DNA of 64,000 nucleotides from Octopus vulgaris (GCA_951406725.2 OX597815.1:91698001-91762000), one strand, 5' to 3'. Shown: positions 12,956-27,744, counted from the stretch's first letter. Numbers and translations are program-made. The notes: generated by a model not told the origin, from the sequence alone.

Positions 12956-14409
12956 ATCATCATCATTATCATTGTTTATAGTGGATGGCAGAACTGGTAA
13001 CATGTTGGACTGGAAAAAAAAACTGACGATTTTTTACTTTCTGAGTTCCAATTTAACAGATGACTAACTTTGCTCTTCATCCTTCCTAGGTCAATAAAAT
13101 GAGTACTAATCAGATGCTGAGCTTGATATAATCAATTAATGATTAAGTAACCCCCTAAAGAAACAAATCTGGATCTTTGTGTCCATATTGAAAACTAGGC
13201 CTTTGCAGTTGCTAATGCCACATTTCTGATGTGTAAGCTCATTCCATTCTTTCAAAGCTTCTCTAATGGTAGCTGTTTATTTTTTTAGTTGTGGTGTTAG
13301 AGGATATATTGGTGGGTTAAGGGATATAAACAAATCATTGTAACAGCTGGTGTTAGCTGTCATATGACTAATAAAAAATTCTAATTGTTTTGTTGTTAGC
13401 TAAATGTTTATGAAATATGAAAACATCCATTTAGTACTACTATTTTTTTTTTGTTTTTTTTTTTGTTTTATCTTCCTCTTCAGTAATCTGACATTGTTCT
13501 GGGATGGATAGTACGGCAGTCCTTTAGGTCTGCTCAGAGCTAAACAAAACTTCTAAACAATAACATTAACAAATTAATCTCCAGTCAACAATTTCATATT
13601 TTTCTTGTTTTTTCAAATGAAAAAAATTTGTAAGACTTCCACCAAATTTTGTCGCATTGTGATTTTTTTTACATTAACAATAATAATAATTGTTGTTATC
13701 TTTGGCACTTAGCCACAGAATTGTATGGAAATAGGGGTATACTAAATTTAATCAATGCCCATCTACACACTCACACACTCATTCACTCACATGCACGCAT
13801 GCACATACACACGTACACGCACACACACACATGTATATGCTTGCTTTTTGTTTTATCCCAGTGAGATTTTCAGCTTACAATGTATAGAGTTGTAATAACC
13901 AATCATGTGGCATTTAGTCTGTTACTCTTCTGTCATTTCTGCCATTCTACAGCTTTTTGAAATAAAGATAACTTTACTGAAGCCAATGAGAGAGCCTTTA
14001 TGTGGCTGTTTGACCTTCTAGAAATAGCAACCAAATTTCCTCAAAGTACATCCCACCCTCTTTAAATGAAAAAGTGGATAGACACAAATCAATAAAGTAA
14101 CTTCCCTGTGGTCCATTATTCTGTTAGAAATAGCAAACAAATCTCCTTCAAATCAACTTACATATGAAAAGGGAGGCCACATTGGATAATATAGTCTAGT
14201 AAACACTGTTCCTGAGAAGCATATGCAGTGGGTTACAGCAAGATCATCCTTCATCTTCATGATAAGCCTGCTCAGCTAAGATTGAACTGGACTTAATAAC
14301 AACAAGGAAGAAGACTTTTGGCAAGGTGGTCATAACCGGAACACTTTCCTCATTGGTCTGACCTAATGTAAACAACAACAATAGATATAACTTTGGTACA
14401 GATTATATT

Positions 14410-14690
14410 CTTTTATTCCTTTATATTTTCAGTCAATGAACTGCAGTGATGCTGGGATCTGCCTTAGAGGGTTTTGTTGATCAAATCAACCCCAGTACTT
14501 ACTTTCAAGTCTAATGTTTATTCTGTTATTTTTTTCCAAACTGCTAAGTTTTGTAGGTGTAAACCAACACCACTTCTCAAGCAGTAAGACACATGCATGC
14601 ATGCATGTGCATGCGCACATACACACACACACATGTATATATTTTATACATGTGACAGATTGGAGCAATACACACTAAGAGCATACTGGA
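14410..14690 (-). mobile_element. SINE family C 3' part
   Basis: caaatcaaccccagtactt...ttattctgtt...aactgctaagtt. Confidence 0.55.
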
Positions 14691-14705
14691 AATAGACTCT
14701 CATCA

Positions 14706-14921
14706 CCCTTTTGTTATCATATTTCTGTTGTTATATGCTGTGTCTGTTTCAATCAGTTTTTAAGATAATGAAGAACTTAGTAATATAACTTCCTCATTAT
14801 TAAGCTGGGATTTGGAACAAGAACCATACAATTTTGATGGAAGATTTTAATTTAGATCACTTTGAAACAGTAAGTTTGTGTCAGAACATGAGCAGTCACA
14901 GGCAGGTTGGTATCAACAGGG
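14706..14921. mobile_element. piggyBac-like MITE
   Basis: CCCTTTTGTTATCA ... TGGTATCAACAGGG|TTAA; left target site is degenerate. Confidence 0.55.
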
Positions 14922-15824
14922 TTAAACACCTGGCGAGTTCATTTGAAGTAGTTGATAGCTTCTTTTACTAGACCTGTTACTAAAGACTGCATTGGACTAC
15001 CCCATTTCCACCGCCCCAGGACCACTTCCATTGTTACCTATCACCTACTCTTATTCTGTCACTCACCCTTGCCTTTGTCTACCTCTGCTGTTGTCAATGA
15101 CTTTCTACATAACTCCACCCCAAATAACCTTGCTGCTTAAATCTTACTACTACTTCTTTCTTCCACCCAACCATCTTGGTCCCTTTGATATTCTCCTAAG
15201 CCACCTGAGCAAATAATGCCCCTGCACCTTTCCCCTTTCTTCTGGCCTCAGTGTTGGCATCACTCTCCCTATTTCCCCTTCTTTGTCTACATATCTTAAC
15301 TCACTGAATACTCTCTGTGTTCATTTTTTTGTGTATAAAGCACTCCCTCCTCTTTACTGGTGCCACAATGGAAAGCTGATAAATCATACTCCCTCAAGAA
15401 TGATAATCTCTTGAGACAGTCTCTCTAGTACTTACTTCACAAAAATTGCTCCCAGTACACACTATAGTAGCTGCTAAATGAATAAAGAATGCATAGGGTT
15501 CTGAGGTCCCTTTTATTCAACCTCTCTAAAACATTGGTACCATAAGAAAATGCACCCAGTACACTCTCTAGAGTGGTTGGCAACATGAAGGGTATACCGC
15601 CATAGAAACCAAGCTAAATCTGTGTGGGAACAATCTCTGGGAACAACAGTTCCCATTAAGAAATGACTCAGAACCTGATGATTCATCCAACCCATGCAAT
15701 CATGGAAAATGAAATCAGCTTGCAAAGCGTTAGTTGCTTTAATAGCAGAGTGCTTGGCAGTGGAAATCCACAATCATAAGGTCAAAAAGCAAACTTTTTA
15801 ACCATACATCTATGCCAACCACCT

Positions 15825-16890
15825 CCTACAGCCTGTTAGTCTGACAGAAACAGTAGAACATTACACAATATGCTATTAGATGTTTTTGTTTTGTCCCTCT
15901 ACATTCTGAATTCAACTCTTGTAAGGGACTGATTTTTAGTCTTTCATTCCTTAGTTTGGGGATAAATCAGAATAATTTGTGTTGACTTAATTCTCTATAA
16001 TTCATCCCTAACAAAATTCGGTGTTGTGTGTAGTGACAAGAAATCAATGCTGCTCTCAGGTGAGAACTGTAGAAGAGCATAAACAGTAATAACAAATAAT
16101 ATGAGTAAACAGCTTGCTATTTCTGCTTTTATGTTCTGAGTTCAAATCTGGTCATTGTTGATTTGACTATTTATCATCCCAGGGTCAATAAACAAAATAT
16201 CATTAATGTACATAAATTGATTCAAAGACTGCAAACCCCATTGCATAAATTTATGTGCCAAAGTTATACATCAATATAACTGTAGGGATTCTGGAACAAA
16301 GAATAGAAACAGTAGGGCAACAAAAATATTTATACTTTGCCATATTTAGCTTTGTCCTAAGTTCAAATCCTGCCAAAATCCACTTTGCTGACCATCCCTT
16401 TAGAGTTTATAAAGTAGCAAGAATGTACTGTAGTCAAGCAATCTACTACACATGCCCTTATAAATACATTATATAACTCTGCTTTGTTCATCGGCAATGA
16501 ATAACATTTTTATTTCATGAATTAAAGGACCTTGGCAACAATCAAAGGAAAACAACTGATGATTTAGAACACTGGACATGTGGTATTGTTTTCAACTCTT
16601 TATGTTTTGAGTTCAGATCTTAGCTGTTCATCCTTCAAGGGTCAATAAAATAAAATACCAGTCAAGTACTGGGTTTGATATAACCAGCTGTTCCCTTTCC
16701 GCAAAATTTGTGGCCTTGTGTCTATATTAGAAATCAATATTATTGATCTGCATTATTGTTGCCCTTTGTCCTTGTGATGTCAATAAAAGTAATACTAGTG
16801 ATATCCTGGGGGTTAATTCAGTTGACTTATACCTCATCCCCACAACAAAAAATTGGTATTGTGCCAAGTCAAAAGAAATCAATATTACAG
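15825..16890 (+). mobile_element. Cluster of ~5 highly diverged tandem SINE-A copies
   Basis: Recurring ttctgagttcaaat / ggtcaataaa / ttgtg...agaaatcaat motifs at ~220-bp spacing. Confidence 0.6.
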
Positions 16891-18134
16891 ATTCCATTTT
16901 GATATGACTATTTTGTTTAGTTTTTTATTATTTTTTCTTTGTCTCTCTTCAATTATAACTGAACTTTGAATTATAAACATTGTTTTTTTTTAATATTTTA
17001 TTTTTATCATGAAAATTATTAATTTCCCAAATTTCTTACATATCACCGACTTTCAATGATCTTATCTTCACCATTTGTTATTTGTCTCAGCCTGATTAGT
17101 TTTTTTCTTCTTTTTATTACTATTATTATCATTATTATTATTGCATCTTCTCTATCACCAACTCTAAATCTTGTCTTTCATAACCACGATCTCTCTAGAC
17201 ATTCATCAGTTTATTTTTAAAGTGTGTTCTCTTTGTTTTACATATGAGACTAAACTAGAATTAACTATATCTATCTAATCATTTTAGATATTTTATCTAC
17301 AACACTCCTATTTGTTACTGTTTGCATATGTGTGTGTGTGTGTGTGTATGTTTGTTTTACTATAATTTTGTTTGTTTTGTTTCCTTTTCTGTTGGGTTGC
17401 TTTTTTTCTTTTTAGCTTTTCTGTGCATTGGTTTGTTTACTTGCCTCCATCCGTCTAAGCCTACTGAGAGATTTGAGGATTATAATACAGTAACGTTTCT
17501 TTTGTCTGGCTCAACTAACTCTATTACAGAATATGTTCTCTGAGGAATCTTCTCACCAGCAGCTGTACTCTCTACAGTTAGCTCATGGGAAACCAATTAT
17601 ATTGTATTCAGTTGTTATTGTTTTGTTTGTTTTTTCTGTGTGTGTATGCGTGTTTTTTTTTTTTGGTTTTGTTTTGCATGTTTACTCTTGCTCCTTTCAT
17701 GTAACCACTTACTTACTATTATAAAGCTGTCTTCAAACAAGCCACTGACTGCTTCGTATCTGATTTTCAGGTAACCGAAATGGCTACTTTCATGGAATCT
17801 TCAGCTGTTACTCAGCTACATTCATATAAACTTGGCCTGCTAAATAATTACTTGTATATAACCACAAGTTGCTATACAGTTGCCTATGGTTAACCACTGA
17901 CTTCTAAAAAAAAACCATCATTTAGTAGCCATTGGATGCTGTGCAGTTGACTTTAGATACACACTGAACTCTAAATAGATGCCCTCATATAACTGTTGTA
18001 TTGTTTATGTAATTACTTTCAGGTATTTGCTTATCTTTGCATTCAGTAACATCCAACAATTTCTTTGGTTTATCCCATCCATCACAGCTACTTGTCTTTC
18101 ATAAACAATATTACCTAAACATTTTTTTTTTCAA

Positions 18135-18342
18135 GGCTATGAGCTGGCCAAATCCTCAGCACACCAGGCCAAAATGCTTAGCAGCATTTCATCCATCTGT
18201 TCATTTTGAGTTCAAATTCCGCCTGAATCAACTTTGCCTTTCAACTTTTTGGGATTGATAAAATAAGTACTAGTTGAACACTGGGATCAATGTACTCTCA
18301 CCCCCAAAACTGCTGGCCTTGTGCCCAAATCTGAAACCAATG
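18135..18342 (+). mobile_element. SINE family A
   Basis: gagctggc...aaaatgcttagcagcattt...gagttcaaattccgcc...aaaataagtac. Confidence 0.8.
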
Positions 18343-18558
18343 TTACTTAAACATTTAATCCCTGTTACTACCTACTAGGTAAACTGAGGCATATAGAGAT
18401 AAATATCCTGCTCAATGACACAAGCAAATGACTGCTGCAGATATGCATGATCAGTTTTATAGCAGGCACCCAAGAGGGTGCATAGACTGAACCTGAAACC
18501 ACATAACTACAAAACTAGCTTCTTATCTTCACAGCCATGTTTGCACTTGCATATATAC

Positions 18559-18675
18559 ATATTTATTAATATTTAGCAAAAGCAACAGAGTGACTCAAGG
18601 GCAGTGAGTGCTAAAGCATAAAACACTCAGCCCTTGGATTACTCTGTTGCTTCTGCTAAATATTAATAAAAATAT
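18559..18675. repeat. Fold-back inverted repeat (~45-bp arms)
   Basis: tttattaatatttagcaaaagcaacagagtgactcaaggg / cccttggattactctgttgcttctgctaaatattaataaa. Confidence 0.8.
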
Positions 18676-18733
18676 ATAAACACTCATGTTTTGAGTTCCA
18701 TTTTTCCCATTTGCATCAGCAAACCTATATATA

Positions 18734-19560
18734 TCATCATCACCATCATTGTCCATTTCCCATGCATGCATGAGTAGGACAGTTGACAGGAGCCAGTCGG
18801 ATAGAAAACTATCCTAGGCTACTGTGTCTGTTTTGGCAGGGGTTTTACAACTGGATGCCCTTCCTAGCACCAACCACTCTGCAGAGTGGACTCAGTGCTT
18901 TTCATGTGGTGCTAGCACAGATGAGGTAAGTTTTGGTATGATTTTTACTGCTGGATGCCCTTCCAAATGCCAACCACTTTACAGTGTGGACTGGATGCTT
19001 TTTACATGGCACTAGCACTGGCAGTCACCAAGTAACTCACAAGACAAGGAATTATGAGAAGGGCAGGAGTATCTGAAAAGGGGAACTTGTGTCAGAGAAT
19101 GAAAGATTAGAGTTTGACAGAGAGACAGAGAGGCAGAAGCAGGATGTCTTGCTATAATGGAGGGAGTATTGGAGGAGGTGATCCAATATCAGATGATGAA
19201 AGATTAGAGTGCGACAGAGAAATAGAAATGCAGAAACAGGTGTCTTGCCATACAGGAGATACATGGTTACCCAATGAGAGAGGGAGAGAGAGAGAGAGAA
19301 AAAAAGATAGAGAAAGAGTGATGAAAGATAGAGAATGAGAGAAGAGGGTGAGAGAAAGAGAGAGAGAGAGGTACAAGAAAGAGGAGAGAAACAGGTGTGC
19401 TGATGTAAAGGAGATACTTGGTTACCTAGTCAGAGGAAAAACAAGGGAAGGAGAGAGAGAGTGATCAAGAGTGAGGGCAGAAATAGGTGTGCTGCTGTAG
19501 AGGAGATACATGGCTACCTAGATACATGGCTACCAGAGGATAGAGCAAGGGAACGAGAAA
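18734..19560 (-). mobile_element. SINE family B, long variant with internal repeats
   Basis: Two ggatgcccttcc modules, then four copies of agaaacaggtgt..gct..ggagatac.tggttacc interleaved with GA-rich sequence. A related arrangement occurs at 40348-40765. Confidence 0.7.
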
Positions 19561-20392
19561 AAGAGTAGGAAACAACAAAAGTGTAAGAGAGAACAAGAGA
19601 GAGATGATGAAGTGCCAGGATAAACTCCCAAATAACAAGGATCAGAACATAGATGTGATGGTAGAGTAAGGAAGAAAGGGGTACGAAAGTCGTAATATAT
19701 GCGGTCAGGTATTGCTAAAAAGGCGCTAGTAGGGAGTGGGGATTGCAGTGACTGGCAAAAACTTAGGTAGAAAAATTGGGGTGATATATATGTGTATGTA
19801 TATATATACACACACACACACAGAGTTCAATCAACCACTTACCAAGAAATACATAATGTATATGAAGGAGCAAGAAGCAAATTGCTATAATGAAGATTGC
19901 TGTTTAGTGTTCTTTCGGTCAAGTAACTGACAGCACCATTATAACTGAATAGTAAAGTCCTTTCTCTCCTGTTTCATTCACTTGTAACTAATATTCAAAT
20001 GCAATACAACTTAATTAAATATCTTCTCACACATACACACACACATATACACATTGTGATTTTCAATTCTGAATGTGCCAAATACTCAGCCCATATATCC
20101 TTAACACTTAACTTACCAGCATTAATACAGCCTCATTTTCTCCCATTAAACCAATAAGTCATTGGAAACTATGAACTACTTGGTATAAAATTGCTTAAAA
20201 GCATTTATAGACATGTATGTAACTAGTCATATTATAAACAACACACATACATCATAAATATACATGCCTTTGGAATATGTGTGTACAGCTGTATACACAT
20301 GCATGCCAGTCAACCTCCATAAACATTTGTGAAACTTTACTAATTTCATTCATTCTTGATATGGTCTGCTAATCTATTTAACTCTCTTCCTC

Positions 20393-20394
<2 letters not shown>

Positions 20395-20455
<61 letters not shown>
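20395..20455. repeat. (CT)n microsatellite
   Basis: Direct reading. Confidence 0.95.
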
Positions 20456-20458
<3 letters not shown>

Positions 20459-21392
20459 TTCCCTTTCTCCTCCACTCATGGAGAAACTTGTTGAGTTCTC
20501 ACAACTATGAACAGCACTCTGCAAGAATGTTAGTTCCGCCTATCAGCTGACTGATTCATCTTCAGATGAAGCCTCTATCTGATACACATTGACAATTTCC
20601 GTGATTTAGGTAATGATAGAAACTAATTGAAAGTCTTCACTTCATTGATTCTTAATTATTCTTGGCAAATTCTCCCACAGTAGTCAGCAGATTCTCCTAT
20701 TTTGAAGTGTTGCGGAATGTGTGTGTGTGTATGTGTGTACATATGCATACATGCACACATATATATACACATATATAAGTGTGTGCATTCTGTGTTTATG
20801 TATGTGTACTCATGCATTATATGTGTACTTAAATGCAGAAGTTAACATACACACACACACATATACATCTGGGCGTATGAACAGCAATGTCAGTGGGTGT
20901 ACTAGACAAACAACCTAGTGGGTAACTATTTACATCCATTTTTATCCTTATCATTGATGCTACAAAGTGTTGATGGTCAGTAGACTTAGCCTTCATAGAC
21001 TTAGTTCACAATACCTGCGAGGTGTTGCAATAAGCAGTGGGAACACTGTTGATTTGATGGGGAATCTGTTGGCTTACAGTACTGAGAAGAAAATGTAGTG
21101 ACTGATCAGCATCAAAGGGGAGATTTGGTTACAGATACCTGATTACTTGGGAAACAGAGATGTACACCATCCGTCAAGCTCCACTGGGGTCTGTGAAAAG
21201 AAATTTCAAAGACAGAGAGGTACACAGATATACAACTACATTTATTTAATCATTATGCGCTGAACCAGTAAGGTGCTAAGATAAAAATCAAAACATTAGT
21301 AGTTCATGTCATGGTCACTGGTATTATGACCAAGATACCTTATTTCTAATGAACCAGTCCTACTTACTTAGTTGTTGATATGTAGCATTATT

Positions 21393-21611
21393 AAGGTGGT
21401 GAGCTGGCAGAATCATTAGCATGATGAGTAAAATGCTTAGCCGCATTTTGCCTGTCTTTACATTCTGAGTTCAAATTCCACTGAGGTCAACTTTGCCTTT
21501 CATTTTTTGGAGGTCAGTCAAATAGGCACCAGTTGAGCACTGGGGTCAATGCAATCGACTTCCTTCCCACCATAAAAAAATTGCTGGCATTGTGCCGAGA
21601 TTTGAAACCAA
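21393..21611 (+). mobile_element. SINE family A
   Basis: aaggtggtgagctggcagaatc...gagttcaaattccactgaggtcaactttgcctttcat. Confidence 0.85.
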
Positions 21612-21655
21612 TGTGTAGCATTATTTGCAAGAATAGTTGTTGTTTATCTCCAAAA

Positions 21656-21948
21656 CAGTGCTACTCAAAGTGGTGGTCTGCAGACCGGTGCTGGTCTGGG
21701 AGCCATCAGCTGCCAATAAGCAGCGAGTTTCCAGAAAAGAAAGAAACATTGTAAAATGCTTGTGTGATGTGGTATTATTTGTTTACAAAATAAATATGCA
21801 ATAGAAAAATTGTAAACTTTTATTATATTCATTATATATATATATTGTTTCCAGTATAAACCAATATTACTAAGAAATATTACCAGTCCCTGACACATTG
21901 GAGAAAAAAATCTGCCAGTATGCCACATCAAATAGTTTAAGAATACTG
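21656..21948. mobile_element. hAT (Charlie-like) MITE
   Basis: CAGTGCTACTCAAAGT ... AGTTTAAGAATACTG termini; the 8-bp target duplication is not preserved. Confidence 0.55.
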
Positions 21949-23585
21949 CCCTACATCCTTCCCACAGAATAGCACAGCCTAATGGAGAGAGAGAGAAATC
22001 ACCTAAGTACTTGATTCATACTTTATCAACCCCAGAAGAATGAACAATGAAAGTTATAATTAACCTTAGCAGGAGTGGATTGCAAATCATTGGCACAAAT
22101 ATCCCAAGGCATTTACCAAAGTTCTAATGGTTCTACCAGTTGACTATCCTGATGGATGGTTTAATTGAGTCTAAACAATGAACACTAATTGTTTGATCTA
22201 TCTAGGATATTTTCACCAGATTTTGCACTATTTTTATTTATAGAAATTGCTGTTTGCAACAAGCTTATTTTTTTTCTTCTTTTCCTTTATTCAGAGAAGA
22301 GAGTGTCTATGCCTGTTATGGCCTCTTCTAGACTGCTCAGATGGATGCAGTTAATATTCAGCATGAACTTTTCTATAAGTTGATATATATATATATCGGG
22401 GTACAAACTCGAGAAAGTTGCAGTTCTTGAGAGCGATGGTTGGGCAATAGATTAGGTGTATGGTCTGGGAATGTTAGACAGTAAGGATAATGAGGGGAGG
22501 AGAAATTGGGACATTGGTTGGGCCAGGGCAGGTGTAGAATGTAACTTATCTGTTCAGAGGAGCAGAAGCCATTTTATTATCGGTAAATGAAGTAGATAGA
22601 AGAATTGACACATTTCTCGCTCCTTGCAATTATCGAGTGTGTGTGTATAAGTGTGCATGTGTGTGTTTATTTATAATTGATTTCTGCATGTATGTATGCA
22701 CACACAAACACATGCATACACACACTAGACTCTACACATCTCTCTAATAACTACATATTATAATGCCTCATATGTAAAAGTATAAACCTAAATGTCATGT
22801 CTGTGTGTCTATATATGACTATGTGTACATGTTGATGATGATAACATATATACACATGCATACAATTACACATATGTACAAGCATACATACATATACACA
22901 CAATAAGAGATTAATCTGTACATGATGAGAAAGTTATACTTTGGTATATGTAAATATATATATATATATACACACACACATACATATATAGGCCCACACA
23001 TATATGTAAATATGTATGTGTGTTTTCCTGTAACTATTATTTTCTTTCTATATTAAGAAACATCATGCTGTATCTTTGCTGCTTTGCTGTAATTTTCCCT
23101 TTACCATTCTCATTTGGCCTTGATATCACTTCTACCATAATAATCTTTATGACAATCCACTTAATATTTTTCTAAGATGATCGTCTCCGTGTTGTTTTCG
23201 CCGGAAGTGCTAGAAGATCTTCTCCTGTCTATCAGTTTCTCTTTATATTGTGCTAACCAAACAAGCTGGCCTCTTTTTCATTCCATTGTCACAAAGATGC
23301 TATGATGATGACAACTTGGTTGTTGTTGTTGTTGTTGTCCTCATCGTTATCGTCATAATGGCTGTATTTTGCCAGACAGGTTTGACACACCAAGACTATG
23401 GCAACAAGATGCTATATTGTTCATTAATGTCAAGTGTATTTAATGCCTAAACCTCATAGCCACCAACATCACAGGTTCCTTCCTTGCCTTCTTCCCCTTC
23501 TTGCGCTCTCTCACTCTCTCTCTCTCTATCTCCACCAAAATCTGATGATAATTCAGATTCTCTGTTTTGACTTACGAGTCTTTGT

Positions 23586-23628
<43 letters not shown>

Positions 23629-23656
23629 CATGTGTGTGTTTGTGTGCACTTGTGTG

Positions 23657-23847
23657 CTTTAGATTGGCAAAGTTTCATTTCTGTGTGTGTGTGTCAAGAC
23701 TGCCATATTTTCGTGTGTGTGTCTAGACTGGCAATTTTTTTATTTTTGTGTGTGTGTGTGTCTAGACTGCCAAATTTTCATTTCTGTGTGTATGTGTGTA
23801 CTCGCATGTGTCTATGTGTGTGTCTAGACTGACAAATTTTCATCTGT
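23657..23847. repeat. Degenerate minisatellite, ~5 units of (TG)n-TCTAGACTGNCAAATTTT
   Basis: tctagactg/tcaagactg/tttagattg motif recurs, separated by TG tracts of variable length. Confidence 0.75.
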
Positions 23848-24666
23848 ATGTGGGTGTATTTTCATAACCTTTTTGTTAAGAACTTGAGCATTGATGTTTA
23901 CTTTAAAATAGTCACCAGTCTTTTAATTATAGTTAGAGACAAAATAAAGCAAAGACGTTGAAGAATATGGTAAAACTGAAGATGATATAAAATTAAAGAA
24001 TGTACCACAATGGAAGTAGACATGACAAATAGAAATGTAATTTTTTTACTTTTGAAATTGAAGCAAGTTAAATGCATCATAAATTATATTGATAGAAAAG
24101 CCATAACCATTTGAAAATAAGAACTCAGTGCAACCAGTTTTCATGTTTTACATATAGTGTATATTCATGATTATGTAATATGTGTATGTGGCAGTAATGC
24201 TTTCTTATGTTTGGCACATGGCCACATATTTTCAGGGAAGTTGTACTTTTATAAACTCTAGTACTTGATTTATTAATGCAAATAGATCTCTGTCAGCTTC
24301 ATTGATGAATGTTCTGATTTTCTGTTGACTGGAATTGCCTACTCTCTAAATTATAGGTCTAAGTGGTTGAGTGCTACACAAGCACATGTACCCCTAATAT
24401 AACTCCCAGGCAGAACCAGCATAACACATTATAATTCTAGTAATTATTGTTATTGTTGTTGTTGTTCTGGTTTTTGTTGTTGTTATTGTACATTTCAGTG
24501 TTGGTGCTCTGTAAAATTAATAACTATTTCCTTTGTTAGCGGTGAGTTCAGTTCCAGCCATAATCCATCTGATGGACTTATGAACTGTTCTCGTCATTTC
24601 AGTTTCACTCTTACAAGGCTTGGGTCAAGTTTTTATTAATTGAGATAGGAATTATTATTACTAATA

Positions 24667-24830
24667 AAGTGAAGAGCTGGCAGAATTGTTAAAGCATCAG
24701 GAAAAAATGCCTTGTCGCTTTTTATGCTCAGATTTCAAATCTTGCCACGATCAAAATTGCCTTTCATTCCTCTGTGGTCATTAAAATAAAGTTCCAGTCA
24801 AGTGGGGTTGATGATATCAACTAATCCCTG
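24667..24830 (+). mobile_element. SINE family A, diverged
   Basis: gagctggcagaattgtt...ttcaaat...ttgcctttcattcc. Confidence 0.65.
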
Positions 24831-25988
24831 CAGTGGCAGTGGTGGTATTTACATTATTATTTACTACCTGTAACCTTAGGTATACACAAGCTTTCAATTG
24901 TCTTTCAAGTGCTTCAAACACATATACATATATATATGTATACATACATATGTGTATGTATGTATGTATGTGTGTGTGTGTATAGATATATATATATATA
25001 TGTATGTATGTGTATATATATATATATGGATGTGTGTGTAAATATGTATGTATGCAATTATGTATGTATGGAGAGAGAGAGAGGGCATATATGTATGTAT
25101 ATGTATGTATGCAATTATATATATGTATGTGTGTATTTATGTAGAGAGAGAGGGAGCGCACGCACATGTGTGTGTGTCTCTACAACAGATTTTTGCAGTT
25201 TGCAGCTGACATTCATTTAACCTACAAGGTACTGGTCAACAAGGCACGTTTTCAAAGTGCTATACTATATAATTGAACACAAAGCCATCTGGCTGCAAAG
25301 CAAGGTTATCCACTCCACAATCATTCCAGCATCTCTTGTCAGTGAAAATAAATTGTGCTTCATACCACTATCATTCATAGTTTCTTTTCCTTTCTGGTTG
25401 CTTTTTTTTTTTTTTTTTTTTTGCATTATTATTTCATCTATGATGGATTTCAACTCCTTAAGAGTGAAAATTAGCCCTGTAGCCAGTAACCCTTGAAGAT
25501 AATGAGGGGTTCAAGTTGTTATTTAATCAATATCATGTAATAAACCAATCCGATGTGTTTTTTTTATATTTTGTATTATGTTTTTTTGGGGCAGTTTTTA
25601 TTGTTTGTTTTTTTGTCGTTATTTATTTTTTTGTTTCTTTGGATTTTCTGAGCTGTGATACAGCTTATGATTCCTTTTTTATGGTGACTTTTCCTACTGA
25701 TTTGTATGCAGTGCTGTTTCACTGATTCATTTTAATTAACTACTAGGAAGGTCAGTATCCCGGAAAAAGAATACATCTCAATTATTCTTCTGATCTTTAC
25801 TTCTCAATAAAGTGTATGAATGTGTATACATCTGTGTGTGTGTGTGTGTGCATGTGTATATTTATATATATATAGATATATATTATATGAAAAATAGACT
25901 TTAGAGGATGATGAATATATACATGTGTGTGTGTGTGTGTATGTATCTGTGTTTGTGTCCATGTGTTTATATCTGCATGTATGCGTCA

Positions 25989-26042
<54 letters not shown>

Positions 26043-26075
26043 CATTATTATTATTATTATCATTATTATTATTAT
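25989..26075. repeat. (TTA)n microsatellite
   Basis: Direct reading. Confidence 0.95.
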
Positions 26076-26668
26076 TGTCATGTGCAGATATCCAAAACTT
26101 AATCAGCTTGAGACCCCTGCTCCTAAAGAGAGAGAAAGAAAGAAAGATATATTATCTTCATCTAATTAATGACTGCATTAAAAGATACTAAATCACTAAC
26201 GACCACAGGAGCATTCTAAATAATTCACTTTGCTTTCCTCTCACTGAACACTGTCAAAACACTGTTTTCCTTCTGTATTTAGTGAGAAACTAAACACATC
26301 CTGGACCTGTTCCTTGACACTGGATATAGTGGAGAATACTAACATTTCTTTTACACTTTGATAGCAATCAATAAAAGCATTTAAAAGTCATTGACAAAAT
26401 GGAATTTGCTTGAATGTGTGAGGTGATTCATTTATTTGTACATGTATATATATATATATGTAAAGATGTGTATTTATATGAATGTCTGTTTAGGGATACA
26501 CACACATATTCATTTATTCTTATATGTATACATAGTTACTTACATGTACACACTCAATCAGACATCTGTGTATATATATTTATATATACATATACACTCA
26601 CTTATTCATGTGTATCTTAGTGATTTGGGAGAAAAAAAAATGCAGCTCTTCATTTCTGTAGTCGTACA

Positions 26669-26671
<3 letters not shown>

Positions 26672-26704
<33 letters not shown>

Positions 26705-26742
26705 GTATATATATATATAAACACACGCACATGCACACAGAT

Positions 26743-26806
<64 letters not shown>
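26672..26806. repeat. (AT)n microsatellites
   Basis: Direct reading. Confidence 0.95.
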
Positions 26807-26812
<6 letters not shown>

Positions 26813-27476
26813 CAAATGAATACATGCATATGCACACATGCTCAAGTTCAAATGGGATTAGTTATTCTGGTGACTGTTGTTGAAAGATCAAATGATACCA
26901 GAGGGAAGAAATGTTTGCTTTGTTTACATGGATCTCTGCATCAAATATAATACCAAATATTCTTGAAGCACTTTTAACATTTATGTGTGTGTGTGTGCTT
27001 ATACAAGTATTTGTGATGTTTATGTATATGAGTGTATGTGTGTGTGTATGTGTTGTGTGTGTATGAACATAACATTCTTTTCATGTATGTGTGAGTGTGT
27101 CAGCATGTGTGTTTGTCTGGGTTTGCATGTAGATGAAGCAAACATGTATGTGAATGTGGGTGTGAATACCTGCATGTGTGTATGTTTGTGACTATGTGAT
27201 GCAATCAGATGCTTATATGTGTCTGTTTGTGTGTATATCTATATGATGTAGGCAGATACATGTATACATCTTTGTGTTTATGTGTGTGTACCTCTTTTTA
27301 TATGGATGCTGAATGGTTAAGAAGCTTGCTCTGTTTTTTGCAAAGGTCCAGGTTCACTCCCAATGTGTATTATCTTTGAAAGGTATTTTTTTCACTATAA
27401 CCTTCAGACAACCCAAGCCTTGTAAGTGAAATTAAGCCTATAGAAACTTCACATTTTCAGCCTAATGAAAATACCT

Positions 27477-27738
27477 ATCATCATCATCATCATCATCATC
27501 ATTTAGCGTCCGCTTTCCATGCTAGCATGGGTTGGACGGTTCAGCTGGGGTCTGGGAAGCCAGAAGGTACTGCACCAGGCCCAGTCTGATCTGGCAATGT
27601 TTCTACGGCTGGATGCCCTTCCTAACGCCAACCACTCTGTGAGTGTAGTGGGTGCTTTTTACGTAGCACTGGCACAGGTACCAGACGAGGCTGGCAAACG
27701 GCCATGGTCAGATGGTGCTTTTTACATGCCACCAGCAT
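27477..27738 (-). mobile_element. SINE family B
   Basis: (ATC)n + tttagcgtccgctttccatgctagcatgggttggacgg...ggatgcccttcctaacgcc. Confidence 0.85.
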
Positions 27739-27744
27739 GAAGCA

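Noticed and set aside
20555-20640. CAGATGAAGCC...GAAAC degenerate hammerhead
   Set aside because: The core is mutated and the stems are inconsistent. It may be a relic but cannot be supported.
20880-21230. Possible Penelope GIY-YIG remnant (also 22400-22640 and 6580-7260)
   Set aside because: Only vague Cys-x2-Cys and spacing resemblance; no diagnostic motif is readable without a profile search.
23175-23225. CpG patch with ETS-like CCGGAAGT and a possible acceptor site
   Set aside because: A single short motif with no supporting promoter or exon context.
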